A stretch of 64,000 bases of DNA from Gammaproteobacteria bacterium (GTDB taxonomy: Bacteria; Pseudomonadota; Gammaproteobacteria; QQUJ01): NCBI GenBank assembly GCA_050287605.1, contig JBNKCG010000081.1:18-64017 (forward strand), in the 5' to 3' direction. The position numbers and the translations under genes were made by a program. The notes under the pieces were generated by a model. It was not told the DNA's origin. It saw only the letters and a list, made by a program, of their open reading frames with translations, and did no database searches. Positions within the stretch are counted from its first letter, which is position 1; every line of letters starts with the position of its first letter. Below are positions 54,696-64,000 of this stretch, piece after piece.

Positions 54696-55070
54696 TCACG
54701 TTTGCTCCAGTTCGTAGCTCTCCATCAATTGGCGCATGACCTCACCCGCGCGTTGCTCCGTCAGCAGCTCGAGGGCCACGTGAGCATCGAGGTAAGCCAA
54801 CAGAAAATTGACCGCATAGCGATCGGCGCGAGACGGGTCTTGCTGTATGGCAGCCAGGCAGCGACCGAAACTGTAGTGGGCAATCTTACGTAGCTGATCC
54901 TTATCCTTGATACCGCGGTTGCGCACACAGAACAGCGGGGCATATTTGTAGAGATGTTGTTTGGCGTCGCTCGTCATCTCCCCATGTTCGGCGGCCGCCA
55001 GCCGCCATGCCATCGTCAACGCGTCGTAAGCTTCCGCCGCCCATTGTTTGTTTTTGCGCGGTCTCCTCAT
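54696..55070 (-). CDS. Hypothetical protein
   Basis: About 125-aa ORF with plausible codon usage. No recognisable motif. Confidence 0.35.
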   Translation of the reverse strand: MRRPRKNKQWAAEAYDALTMAWRLAAAEHGEMTSDAKQHLYKYAPLFCVRNRGIKDKDQLRKIAHYSFGRCLAAIQQDPSRADRYAVNFLLAYLDAHVALELLTEQRAGEVMRQLMESYELEQT

Positions 55071-55077
55071 CCCGTCC

Positions 55078-56250
55078 CTATCCGGCAAGATGCCGTTTCA
55101 ACCGCGCCACACCCTCCTGCAATTGCGCCAGTGAAGTGGTATAGGCGAAGCGCACATGTTGCGCGGCTCGGTAGTCTCCAAAATCGATACCGGGTGTAAT
55201 TGCCACGCCGGTCGCCTCCAACACCTCCCACGCAAAACGATAACTATCGGAGGTGAAGCGACTGCAATCCGCGTATATGTAGAACGCTCCCTGCGGTATC
55301 AAAGGTATTCCGAATCCCAAATCGCGCAGTGCAGGCAGCAGATAGTCGCGACGTTCACGGAAGGCCTCTCTGCGCGCTTCAAGTATCGCCCGGGTTTCTG
55401 GTGTAAATGCCGCCAAAGCGGCGTACTGCGCGGGTGTCGAGGCCGAGATGAAGATGTTCTGTGCGAGTTTTTCCACTTCGCGCACGTATGCCTGCGGTGC
55501 AACCAACCAGCCGATGCGCCAACCGGTCATACCGAAGTACTTGGAAAAGCTGTTGACCACAAAAGCCTCGTCGGTCAACGCCAGCACGGTAGTGGTATCA
55601 CCTTCGTAGATCAATCCATGGTAGATCTCGTCGACGATCAAGTGCCCCCCGCGCGCCGCCACCGCGTCGACGACGCTTTGCATGTCGCTACGCTCCACCA
55701 GCGTACCGGTGGGATTGGACGGCGATGCCAGTAGCGCAGCCACCGAGTTCTCGTCCCAGTGCTGGCGAATCAACTCCGCCGTCAACTGATACCGGCTCTC
55801 TGCACTGACAGCGATCGGGGTCGCGGCACCCTCCACGAGGCGTACGAAATGGCGGTTGCAGGGGTAGCCGGGATCGGCCATCAACACCCGTTGGCCAGGA
55901 TCCACGAGAACGCCGCACACCAGTTGCAAGGCGCCAGATGAGCCAGGGGTGACGATGATGCGCTCCGGCGCCACCTCCACCGCATAGCGTTCGTGGTAGA
56001 GGCGCGCGATCGCCGTGCGCAATTCACCGATGCCGACGGCGGGTGTGTAGTGGGTCTTGCCCTCGGCCAACGCTCGCTGACCGGCCGCAACAACCGGATC
56101 GGGCGTCGTGAAGTCGGGCTCACCGACCTCCATGTGGATGACGGATCGGCCGGCTGCTTCCATCTGCAACGCCCGTGCGAGCAGATCCATGACATGGAAG
56201 GGTTGAATCTCGCCCATGCGACGGGCGATGCGGGTGATTTGTTCGCTCAT
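55078..56250 (-). CDS. PLP-dependent aminotransferase class I/II (AlaC/AspC-like)
   Basis: SFSKYFGMTGWRIGW Lys motif. Start MSEQITRIA at 56250. Confidence 0.85.
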   Translation of the reverse strand: MSEQITRIARRMGEIQPFHVMDLLARALQMEAAGRSVIHMEVGEPDFTTPDPVVAAGQRALAEGKTHYTPAVGIGELRTAIARLYHERYAVEVAPERIIVTPGSSGALQLVCGVLVDPGQRVLMADPGYPCNRHFVRLVEGAATPIAVSAESRYQLTAELIRQHWDENSVAALLASPSNPTGTLVERSDMQSVVDAVAARGGHLIVDEIYHGLIYEGDTTTVLALTDEAFVVNSFSKYFGMTGWRIGWLVAPQAYVREVEKLAQNIFISASTPAQYAALAAFTPETRAILEARREAFRERRDYLLPALRDLGFGIPLIPQGAFYIYADCSRFTSDSYRFAWEVLEATGVAITPGIDFGDYRAAQHVRFAYTTSLAQLQEGVARLKRHLAG

Positions 56251-56355
56251 TGCCGACCTGGAGCGGGTGTTGAGTTTCCGACTGCGGGACGCGCCTGTGA
56301 ACAAATCAAAACGCCGCCCAACCGGCGGCGTCGTGGGAGTGTCCACTCGACGCGC

Positions 56356-57441
56356 TCACAGTATATCTTCGGTAATCCCCTGCTTGCGCATGATTTCGCG
56401 CAATCGGCGCAAGGCATCCATCTGGATTTGCCGCACCCGCTCGCGCGTCACGCCGATTTCGTTCCCGACCTCTTCCAGGGTCGCTTTTTCGTATCCGTGC
56501 AACCCGAAGCGGCGCTCCACGACTTCGCGCTGTTTGTCGTTGAGCTGATCCAGCCACAATTCGAGATTGTTGTAGAGATCTTCGTCGATCAAGCGATCGG
56601 ACGGATCCTGGTTCTGTTCATCGGGGATGGAATCGAGCAGCGACTTGTCCTCGTCCTTACCGATAGGGGTATCGACCGACGCGATGCGCTCGTTGAGTCC
56701 CAGCATACGTTTGACTTCTGGAATCGGTTTGTCGAGCAGGGTGGCAATCTCTTCTGCGCTCGGCTCGTGATCCAGTTTTTGCGCCAACTGGCGCGCAGCG
56801 CGCAAGTAGACGTTGATCTCTTTGACCACATGAATAGGCAGCCGAATGGTGCGCGTCTGATTCATGATCGCCCGTTCGATGGTTTGACGTATCCACCAGG
56901 TGGCGTAGGTGGAGAAGCGGAAGCCCAGCTCCGGATCGAACTTGTCCACCGCACGGATCAGGCCCAGGTTGCCCTCTTCGATGAGGTCGAGCAGCGGCAT
57001 GCCGCGGTTGAGATAGCGTCGCGCGATCTTGACCACCAGGCGCAGGTTGCTTTCGATCATGCGCTTGCGCGCCGAATCGTCACCGCGCTGAGCCAAGCGG
57101 GCGAAGTGCACCTCTTCCTCGGCGGTCAGCAACGGGGAGAATCCGATCTCGTTGAGATAAAGACGCGTCGCATCCATTTCCGCATCCGAATCGGAGGAGA
57201 AACGCCGCGAAGTGACCTTGGATTTCAGGCGTTCCTTTTCGGCATCGGTTTCGTCGACTTCCTCGTCAACCCCATCGAAATCGTCATCAGCATCCGCCAC
57301 GTCGAGTTCCTTCTCGTCCAGGGTTTCTTCATCGAATTCGTACTCGATGCTATCGTCGTTGGCGCTGCGATCAGTATCCTCGATCGCGTTCATACCGTGC
57401 GATTCGGTAGAGCCTTGCGACGTCTTACTGCGTTTTGGCAT
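56356..57441 (-). CDS. rpoS: RNA polymerase sigma factor RpoS (sigma-38)
   Basis: Acidic region 1.2. Region 2 ([35 protein letters not shown]). Region 4 HTH. Located directly downstream of nlpD. The start at 57441 has a GGAGAA RBS. Confidence 0.85.
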   Translation of the reverse strand: MPKRSKTSQGSTESHGMNAIEDTDRSANDDSIEYEFDEETLDEKELDVADADDDFDGVDEEVDETDAEKERLKSKVTSRRFSSDSDAEMDATRLYLNEIGFSPLLTAEEEVHFARLAQRGDDSARKRMIESNLRLVVKIARRYLNRGMPLLDLIEEGNLGLIRAVDKFDPELGFRFSTYATWWIRQTIERAIMNQTRTIRLPIHVVKEINVYLRAARQLAQKLDHEPSAEEIATLLDKPIPEVKRMLGLNERIASVDTPIGKDEDKSLLDSIPDEQNQDPSDRLIDEDLYNNLELWLDQLNDKQREVVERRFGLHGYEKATLEEVGNEIGVTRERVRQIQMDALRRLREIMRKQGITEDIL

Positions 57442-57707
57442 TCCCTGTTCTCCCAGATGACTCGGCACATCAGAACAGTGAAAAATTCAACTCCCGACCG
57501 GTTGCCGGTGCAGGAGCGGCTATCACTCGTCCCTTCAGGCCCATCCTGCGAAGATCTTACGCGCCTAGCGTTACCAAATTCCGACGCGTACGCCATCTGC
57601 GCTCCCGAACAGATGGTTCCCGATTAGGTGCGGAACAGACACCTCCCCCTCCGGCTGCAATTCTCGGCAAGTGAATGGCTCTGCCGTGAGGGGTTCGAAT
57701 ACGATGC
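57442..57707 (-). promoter_or_regulatory. Long rpoS 5' leader / nlpD-rpoS intergenic region
   Basis: About 265 nt of non-coding sequence between nlpD and rpoS. The E. coli rpoS leader is also long and is targeted by sRNAs. Confidence 0.4.
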
Positions 57708-58520
57708 TCAACGTTTCGGCAACAGACTCTGGGGATCAACCGGCTCCCCATTGCGCCGAATCTCGAAATGAAGCATGGGACGGGTAGCTTCCGTATCACC
57801 CATTTCCGCAATCAGCTGGCCTGCGCGTAACGTCTCACCTTCTTTCACTAACAGACGTCTGTTGTGTCCGTACGCACTCAGGTAGACGCTGTTGTGTTTG
57901 ACGATGATAAGCTGACCGTAACCGCGAAGTCCACTCCCGCTGTAGACCACCCGACCGGGTGCCGCAGCCCGCACCGGCTGCCCTGTCGACCCGCCGATAT
58001 CTACACCTTTGCGGCCTGGATCACTACGCGAGAAGGTTTTTAGTAGCGCGCCATCCGTCGGCCATTGCCACTCCAACCTGACCGTACCAATCGTAGGTGT
58101 TTTCCGCGCCGGCCGCGGCTGACGTACGGGTGCGGCACTCGACGCACGTCCATTACCGGATGGTGGGGAACTGCTGCGCGGTACGTGAACGGTGCGACTC
58201 TCGGTGCTCGCCTGCGGCGTGATGCGCAGACGTTGATCCGGATAGATGCGATACGGCCATCCGATGCCGTTCCAGCGCGCCAATTCACGGTAGTCGCGTC
58301 CAACCTGGAATGCGATGGAGTAGAGCGTATCTCCGCGGTCAACCACATAGTAGGCAACCGCACCCTCTTCCACCATCACACCGCTGGCGTGATCGACGTC
58401 CCAACTGATCATCCTGCCGCAGCCGACGTTGACCACGGCCGATGCCAACAGCAGCAACGCCGCGATCAGCCGGTTTTGATCACCACATAGACGACGACGG
58501 TAAGCAGCAGCAGTACCCAT
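57708..58520 (-). CDS. nlpD: Murein hydrolase activator NlpD (LysM plus M23 peptidase domain lipoprotein)
   Basis: Lipobox (VNVGC). LysM domain (YVVDRGDTLYSIA). C-terminal M23-like domain. Confidence 0.85.
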   Translation of the reverse strand: MGTAAAYRRRLCGDQNRLIAALLLLASAVVNVGCGRMISWDVDHASGVMVEEGAVAYYVVDRGDTLYSIAFQVGRDYRELARWNGIGWPYRIYPDQRLRITPQASTESRTVHVPRSSSPPSGNGRASSAAPVRQPRPARKTPTIGTVRLEWQWPTDGALLKTFSRSDPGRKGVDIGGSTGQPVRAAAPGRVVYSGSGLRGYGQLIIVKHNSVYLSAYGHNRRLLVKEGETLRAGQLIAEMGDTEATRPMLHFEIRRNGEPVDPQSLLPKR

Positions 58521-59047
58521 CCCACCCGGTCAATGTAGTTGCGCAACAGGTTGCGCATGCGTTCGCCGCCCCAACGCATCAACAAGGCGACCAGAAAGAA
58601 GCGGGCCCCGCGGCCGAGGAACGATGCCAGGACAAACGGCAAGAAACTCATGGCGATCGCACCCGCCGCGATGGTGAACACCTTGTAGGGGATGGGCGAA
58701 AAACCCGCCACCAACACCGCCCAGAATCCCCATGTCGCAAACCAAGCCTGCACCTGCTGGTACTTGGACGCGTACCCCAGCTGTTCCACCCAAGGTGCAA
58801 CGACGTCGAACGCCAGCAGACCGATGAGATAGCCGAACGCACCACCCACTACCGAAGCCAAGGTCGTTATCAACGCATAACGCAGAGCGCGATCGGGCTT
58901 TGCCAGCGCCATGGGCGCCAGCATTACGTCGGGGGGAATGGGAAAAAACGACGACTCGGAAAAACTGAGGCCGGTAAGATACCAGGGCGCGTGGGGATGC
59001 TCCGACCAGCGCATCACCCGTTCGTAGAGTGCGGAAAAGATGCGCAT
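58466..59047 (-). CDS. YqaA/DedA-type (SNARE-associated-like) membrane protein
   Basis: 193 aa with four or five TM helices. Sits in the pcm to nlpD position that a conserved small membrane protein occupies in Pseudomonas. Confidence 0.6.
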   Translation of the reverse strand: MRIFSALYERVMRWSEHPHAPWYLTGLSFSESSFFPIPPDVMLAPMALAKPDRALRYALITTLASVVGGAFGYLIGLLAFDVVAPWVEQLGYASKYQQVQAWFATWGFWAVLVAGFSPIPYKVFTIAAGAIAMSFLPFVLASFLGRGARFFLVALLMRWGGERMRNLLRNYIDRVGWVLLLLTVVVYVVIKTG

Positions 59048-59712
59048 CAGCGACGGCCTCCCAGCAGCGGAACGAAGTTGGCGCCTTCAAGAATCTCCCG
59101 TTCGTAGCCCTCATCAGTGCGTGTTACTCGTATCAGGTTCTGTTCCCTCCCGCAACCGACGGGGATCACCAGACACCCCCCGACCGCCAGCTGATCGAGC
59201 AGTGCGGCGGGGATCTCTTCCGGCGCGGCAGCCACCAGAACGGCGTCGAACGGCGCATGCTGCGGCCATCCCAAAAAACCATCGGCGTGGCGCAGCTGTA
59301 CATTGTAGAGCTTGAGTTCACGCATCCGGTCCCTGGCCCGCGTTACCAGTGGCGATAACCGTTCCACCGCGAAGACCTGTTTGACCAGCTGTGCCAGTAT
59401 CGCGCTCTGATACCCCGAGCCAGCCCCAATCTCCAACACCTTCTGCGGCACCTCGCGCTCCAGCAGCGCTTCGGTCATGCGGGCGACGATGTAGGGCTGC
59501 GACAGGGTCTGGCCGAAACCGATGGGCAGCGCCGTATCTTCGTAGGCGCGGCTGGCCAGCGCCTCGTCCACGAAGATATGCCGCGGTGTATTGCGCACCG
59601 CCGCCAGTACGCGCATGTCCTTGATGCCCGCCTCGCGCAGGCGCTCGATCAAGCGATCGCGCGTGCGCTGCGAGGTCATGCCGATACCGCGGTGGGTGGT
59701 ATCCAGGGTCAT
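59047..59712 (-). CDS. pcm: Protein-L-isoaspartate O-methyltransferase
   Basis: SAM motif [13 protein letters not shown] and Pcm signature LSQPYIVA. Confidence 0.85.
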   Translation of the reverse strand: MTLDTTHRGIGMTSQRTRDRLIERLREAGIKDMRVLAAVRNTPRHIFVDEALASRAYEDTALPIGFGQTLSQPYIVARMTEALLEREVPQKVLEIGAGSGYQSAILAQLVKQVFAVERLSPLVTRARDRMRELKLYNVQLRHADGFLGWPQHAPFDAVLVAAAPEEIPAALLDQLAVGGCLVIPVGCGREQNLIRVTRTDEGYEREILEGANFVPLLGGRR

Positions 59713-60464
59713 GGATGGGGCACACCACCCAGCCAATCGGCCAACGGCTCCAGGGAGTCGTAACGCGTGAGATCGATCTGCAGCGGCGTCACGGAAACGT
59801 AACCCTGACGAACGGCATGGAAATCAGTGCCGGGACCGGCATCCTGCTCCGGACCCGCCGGTCCCACCCAGTAGATGGTACGCCCGCGGGGGTCTTTGTC
59901 CTTGATCACCGGTTCCGCCTTGTGGCGGTGGCCCAGACGCGTCGCCTGATAGCCGCGCAACGCGTCCCAGGGCAGATCCGGTACATTGACGTTGAGGATG
60001 GTATCCGCCGGCAGCGGAGCGGTGCGCAGTCGCTGTAGGAGATCCAACACCACTTTTCCGGCCGTTTCGTAGTGGTTAGGTTCGTGCTCGGTCATGGAGA
60101 CGGCGATGGCGGGCAGCCCGAGAAATCGCCCCTCCATGGCTGCCGCGACGGTACCCGAATAGAGGATGTCGTCACCGAGATTGGCGCCGGAGTTGATCCC
60201 GGAGACCACCATGTCCGGCTCCTCCTCCAGCAACCCGGTGATAGCCAGGTGGACGCAATCGGTCGGGGTACCGTCGACCCTGACGAAACCGTTCTCCATG
60301 GTCTCCGCACGCAGTGGACGCACCAAGGTCAGCGAATTGCTGGCACCGCTGCGATCGCGCTCCGGTGCCACCACCGTCACCTCGGCGACGCGCTCCAGCA
60401 TGCGCGCCAGGCAGACCAACCCCGGCGCCTGGTAGCCGTCATCGTTGCTCAACAGGATTTTCAT
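59709..60464 (-). CDS. surE: 5'/3'-nucleotidase SurE
   Basis: [12 protein letters not shown]-terminus, highly diagnostic. Confidence 0.9.
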   Translation of the reverse strand: MKILLSNDDGYQAPGLVCLARMLERVAEVTVVAPERDRSGASNSLTLVRPLRAETMENGFVRVDGTPTDCVHLAITGLLEEEPDMVVSGINSGANLGDDILYSGTVAAAMEGRFLGLPAIAVSMTEHEPNHYETAGKVVLDLLQRLRTAPLPADTILNVNVPDLPWDALRGYQATRLGHRHKAEPVIKDKDPRGRTIYWVGPAGPEQDAGPGTDFHAVRQGYVSVTPLQIDLTRYDSLEPLADWLGGVPHP

Positions 60465-60612
60465 AAAGCGGCGACATCATCTCGGGAAGGCAAGGCGCGC
60501 TAACTATACCGGAATCCCTGGACACCTCCCACTGGCTGCACTCTCCGCGACTGGTTCCCCGCCCATGGCCGCACCGCGGACCGAACGGTTAGACTTGGTG
60601 TCGAGGTCAACC

Positions 60613-61158
60613 ATGAGCAAACGCGACGACATCGACGAGGAGGAACGCGAGCTGTTTCGCGACCGGCTGCGCGACATCCGCCCGCTACGCCACGACAAAG
60701 TGGCGCTGCGCCCACCGAAACCGCCCGCCGAACCGCGACAGACGCGCCTCGACGAGGCCGAGGTGCTGCACACGCTGCGCCAGGCCCCGCTGGACCTGGT
60801 CGAACACCGCACCGGCGACGAGGTGGTGTACGCCCAGGCCGGGATCGATCACGCAACCCTGCGCCGCCTGCGACGCGGACAGTACAGCGTGGAGGCCAGC
60901 CTGGACCTGCACGGGATGCGCGAGCGCGAGGCTGCAGACGCCCTGGGGCAGTTCCTGGTCCACAGCCAACTCCAAGGGCGACGTTGCCTGCGCATCGTGC
61001 ACGGCAAGGGCAACCGATCGCCCGGCAGGGAACCGGTACTGCTGCGCATGGTGCACCGCCGCTTGCGCCGTCACGGCGAGGTGCTGGCGTTTTGCTCGGC
61101 CCCGCCCCGCGACGGGGGCATCGGCGCGGTTTACGTACTGTTGCGTAAGAAGCGGTGA
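60613..61158 (+). CDS. Smr (MutS2-type small) domain protein
   Basis: C-terminal Smr domain (LDLHGMRE…LRIVHGKG). Confidence 0.75.
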   Translation: MSKRDDIDEEERELFRDRLRDIRPLRHDKVALRPPKPPAEPRQTRLDEAEVLHTLRQAPLDLVEHRTGDEVVYAQAGIDHATLRRLRRGQYSVEASLDLHGMREREAADALGQFLVHSQLQGRRCLRIVHGKGNRSPGREPVLLRMVHRRLRRHGEVLAFCSAPPRDGGIGAVYVLLRKKR

Positions 61159-61179
61159 AGCAGCCGTTACCGAGGTCGC

Positions 61180-62343
61180 TCAGCGCGCCCGGGCCGAACG
61201 CATCCCCTGGCCACCTGGAGAGGCAAACGCCGCATCGATACGGGCCATGAAGCGCTGCGTCGCCACGCGCAGATCCGCATCCTCGCGCAACAGCGCCGCC
61301 CCGATGAGGTAGACGGTGTCGGCTCCGTATTCTGCGGCCATCTCGGGGATGCGATCCAACGTCATGCCCCCGGCCGGCGCCGGGAGTGCTGCCTTGAGGT
61401 GATCCAACGGGCGCCGCAGCGCGGCGTTGATACCGTGGCACTCCTGCGCCGTAAATGCGAAGCGGCCGCCGAAATTGGGGTAGATAGAGACATCGCAGCC
61501 GATCAGCCGAAACAGCGTGCCCAGCAGCACGGCCGGCGTCATACCGTGGCGCCGGTCGTGAAAATGTGTCCCCGAAAAGGCCGGGTGACCGACGAAGACC
61601 AGGTCGTAGCGTTCGGCAAAATAGCGCACCGTGTCCAGGCCGAGCAGGAAGGGGGCCACCAGCACCCCCTTGACGCCCAATTCCACCGCGCGTTGCAGTT
61701 GCGCTTCGAGGGCTTCGTAGGGGCCGCTGATGTTGGGAAAGTAGAGCGTGGTATGACCGCTGCGCTGGTTGGCACGGGCCACGGCCTCCTGGCAGCGTTC
61801 GACCCGCTCGCTGAAGCCGCAGAAGGGTTGATCGGCTAGGCCGTGATCGTCCTTGACCAGGTCGCACGCGCCCGCCGCAACCACTTCGGCCATGGCCGCC
61901 AGTTCGCTGGCTGAGCGGCCCATGGGCTTGAGGGCGGTCATCGCCAGCGCACGCCCCGCGACGCCGGTCAGTGCGCGTATCCCGGCAACGCCGAAATTGG
62001 GGCCGCGCCACCGTGCCAGCAGTGCGGGGGGCAGCTTCAGGTCAACGATGCGGATATTGTTCTTGAGGGAGATGTTGCCGTAGAGCAGATTCAGCAGCTG
62101 CGGCAGTGCGTAAGCGGTGGTATCGGCATGGTAGGCGATGACCGCCCGGTAGCTGTCGGGCGGGTTGGTCAGCGCCGTCAGCTCCAGCGCCTCGCCCACG
62201 ATGCGCTCGCGGATCGATGGGGAGCCGATCAGATCCTCCGCCATCTCCACCGTCTGCTCCAGCGCGATGGCGCGGCAGAAGTCATCGGCACTCTGCCCCT
62301 GCGGCGGGGTCAGTTGATAGGTGATGTGTAGCCTGTCCGGCAT
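61180..62343 (-). CDS. RuBisCO-like protein (form IV RLP, short DeepYkr-like type)
   Basis: 387 aa. RuBisCO large-subunit fold motifs, including the carbamylated-Lys region DLVKDDHGL and GxDFxKDDE-like context. Start MPDRLHITYQ at 62343. Confidence 0.8.
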   Translation of the reverse strand: MPDRLHITYQLTPPQGQSADDFCRAIALEQTVEMAEDLIGSPSIRERIVGEALELTALTNPPDSYRAVIAYHADTTAYALPQLLNLLYGNISLKNNIRIVDLKLPPALLARWRGPNFGVAGIRALTGVAGRALAMTALKPMGRSASELAAMAEVVAAGACDLVKDDHGLADQPFCGFSERVERCQEAVARANQRSGHTTLYFPNISGPYEALEAQLQRAVELGVKGVLVAPFLLGLDTVRYFAERYDLVFVGHPAFSGTHFHDRRHGMTPAVLLGTLFRLIGCDVSIYPNFGGRFAFTAQECHGINAALRRPLDHLKAALPAPAGGMTLDRIPEMAAEYGADTVYLIGAALLREDADLRVATQRFMARIDAAFASPGGQGMRSARAR

Positions 62344-62399
62344 GCAGGGTTTCCGCGCGGGTCGACAAGCGCCCCAGTATAGCGCAACCGTCCCGCCAC

Positions 62400-63440
62400 T
62401 CAGGCGGGCCCGTAGTCCACGATCTCCCGCACCACTACCGTCGCGAAACTGCCGCTGGGAAGCGTGAACGCCAATTCCAGCGTATCGCCGTCGCGGGCCC
62501 ACTGCAGATCGCCGACGCGCACCCGCAAGGCGCGTCGCTCCTGCTCCAGGCCTGCGCGTTCCAACCCGGCGGTCAGATCGCCGTTGTACTGCGCGATACG
62601 CTGCTCGCACAGTGCGGCTTCGCCGCCCGCCATGGACGTGCCGCGTCCCCACAGCGGACCGGTGGGATGGATCTCCAGGCGCTGGATGCGCCCGCGCAGC
62701 TCGTCGTCCGGCATCTCCGTAGCGAACACCGCACGCCGCGCGTCGAGGTTCATGACGTCGCCCGCCAGCGCACGGTTCCAGCTACCCGCCGACACCCGCT
62801 CCGCCAGCACGGCATTGAAGATCCAAGCCCGCGCCGCAGAGAGATAGATACCGCGCAGTTTGCGGTCGCGCACCCGCAGCGTCCCGCCGAACAGGGCGCG
62901 GGCCTGAGCCAGGTTGTCGCCGTCGTGGCCGAAACGCTGTTCGCCGAAGTAATTGGGCACGCCCGCGCCGCGCACCTGCTCCAGGCGTTCGTCCAGTCCG
63001 CCGCCGTCTCCGTCGATCCCCCGCACGCGCAGTCGAAAGCGGTTTCCCGCCGCCGCGCCGGGCCGCAGCTTACGGTTGTGGCGAGCGCTCTCCAGCACTT
63101 CGATGGATTCGGATCCGACGGCGCTCCAATCGGGCTCGGGTTTACCCGCCAGCCCCACGGAGAACCACTGGCTGGTCACAGCGTGGCGGTCTTTGAGCCC
63201 GGCGTAGCCCACGTCGCGCTCCGCCACGCCGGCCACGCGGGCCAGGCGCCGCGCCACCCACAGCGTGTTCTCGCCGCGCTTGCGGATCTTCACCAGAACG
63301 TGCTCGCCGCCGCCCGACGGTTGGAAGGGAAGGCACTCGTCGACCTGGAAGTCTTCCGGCTGTTCGCGCAGCCGCCCGCGCGCCGTAGGCCCGCCCCAGG
63401 CGTACGGGTAGGGTGCCGTCTCCGCCTTCGGAACCGACAT
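62400..63440 (-). CDS. truD: tRNA pseudouridine(13) synthase
   Basis: TruD N-terminus (…PEDFQVDE…GEH…) and catalytic GLKDRHA motif. Confidence 0.85.
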   Translation of the reverse strand: MSVPKAETAPYPYAWGGPTARGRLREQPEDFQVDECLPFQPSGGGEHVLVKIRKRGENTLWVARRLARVAGVAERDVGYAGLKDRHAVTSQWFSVGLAGKPEPDWSAVGSESIEVLESARHNRKLRPGAAAGNRFRLRVRGIDGDGGGLDERLEQVRGAGVPNYFGEQRFGHDGDNLAQARALFGGTLRVRDRKLRGIYLSAARAWIFNAVLAERVSAGSWNRALAGDVMNLDARRAVFATEMPDDELRGRIQRLEIHPTGPLWGRGTSMAGGEAALCEQRIAQYNGDLTAGLERAGLEQERRALRVRVGDLQWARDGDTLELAFTLPSGSFATVVVREIVDYGPA

Positions 63441-63443
63441 GCG

Positions 63444-63923
63444 CTATCGGGCGACCAGCAAAACTACCGCGTGCGCCGCGATGCCCTCGCCGCGCCCGGC
63501 GAACCCCATCCCCTCGGTGGTGGTCGCCTTGATATTGACGGCATCCCCGGAGAGGCCGAGATCGGCCGCCAGGTTCTCCTGCATGGCGGCGATGTGGGGG
63601 GCGAGCCGCGGTGCCTGCGCGATCACGGTGGCGTCCACGTTGACCGGCCGGTAGCCGCGCTGCGTCACCAGGCTGAGCACCCGCGCCAGCAGTTCGCGGC
63701 TGGCGATGCCGCGGTAGGCGGGGTCGGTGTCGGGGAAATGGCGACCGATGTCGCCCAGCGCCACGGCGCCCAACAGCGCGTCGCACACGGCGTGGACGAG
63801 CACGTCACCGTCAGAATGCGCCACCAGGGTGCGTTCGTGAGCGATGGCCACGCCCCCCAGCGTCACATGGTCGCCCGGTCCGAAGCGGTGGGCGTCGTAG
63901 CCGTGTCCGATACGCATGCTCAT
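63444..63923 (-). CDS. ispF: 2-C-methyl-D-erythritol 2,4-cyclodiphosphate synthase
   Basis: [12 protein letters not shown]…HSDGDV motifs. Confidence 0.9.
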   Translation of the reverse strand: MSMRIGHGYDAHRFGPGDHVTLGGVAIAHERTLVAHSDGDVLVHAVCDALLGAVALGDIGRHFPDTDPAYRGIASRELLARVLSLVTQRGYRPVNVDATVIAQAPRLAPHIAAMQENLAADLGLSGDAVNIKATTTEGMGFAGRGEGIAAHAVVLLVAR

Positions 63924-64000
63924 GCCTGCTCCTGCTGGCGCAGATAGAAACCCGCCAGCGCCAGATCTTCGGGGCGGGTCACCTTGATGTTGTCGCCATG
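63920..64000 (-). CDS. ispD: 2-C-methyl-D-erythritol 4-phosphate cytidylyltransferase, 3' end only (5' part lies outside the window)
   Basis: The C-terminal peptide [25 protein letters not shown] matches the IspD C-terminus. ATGA overlap with ispF. Confidence 0.7.
   Translation of the reverse strand, partial: HGDNIKVTRPEDLALAGFYLRQQEQA

Noticed and set aside
55993-57627. 544-aa plus-strand ORF antisense to rpoS
   Set aside because: Antisense artefact. rpoS motifs are clear on the minus strand.
57680-57700. tRNA-like GGTTCGAAT (T-loop consensus) motif
   Set aside because: No complementary T-stem, acceptor stem or anticodon arm could be built around it. It lies in the rpoS leader.
60500-62011. 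503-aa minus-strand ORF spanning the Smr and RLP region in another frame
   Set aside because: Out-of-frame overlap with two recognisable genes. Arg/Pro/Gly-rich junk translation.

Overview
High-GC (~65%) gammaproteobacterial chromosomal window. It is dense with housekeeping genes, and the gene order resembles Pseudomonas and Chromatiales-type genomes (recalled from memory, not searched). Main blocks, in order: (1) a minus-strand redox-sensing module of cytochrome b561, a di-heme cytochrome c, a PepSY protein, an OmpR-type response regulator, a sensor kinase and a secreted EF-hand protein. (2) An Mla-like ABC/MCE transporter followed by a TPR lipoprotein. (3) The classic gyrA-serC-serA-pheA-hisC-tyrA-aroA cluster. 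(4) mtnA divergent from mtaD, followed by ubiG, a HAD phosphatase and rmuC. (5) An SPFH/NfeD pair. (6) rluB, scpB, scpA and trpS, followed by the yciO, trpH, yciB, yciI and bolA region. (7) A stand-alone MotA/MotB-like two-gene operon whose two proteins both carry long coiled-coil extensions. (8) ligA, zipA and smc. (9) The conserved ispD-ispF-truD ... surE-pcm-nlpD-rpoS locus, interrupted by a RuBisCO-like protein gene and an Smr-domain gene. No rRNA, tRNA, CRISPR array or obvious transposase was found. The most interesting candidate for an undescribed system is the MotAB-like coiled-coil pair (43214-45653). Secondary leads are a structured AT-rich inverted-repeat element between scpB and rluB, the RuBisCO-like protein insertion next to ispDF, and the cytochrome/PepSY/two-component/EF-hand module. 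All calls rest on reading the translations and DNA by eye; no database searches were run.
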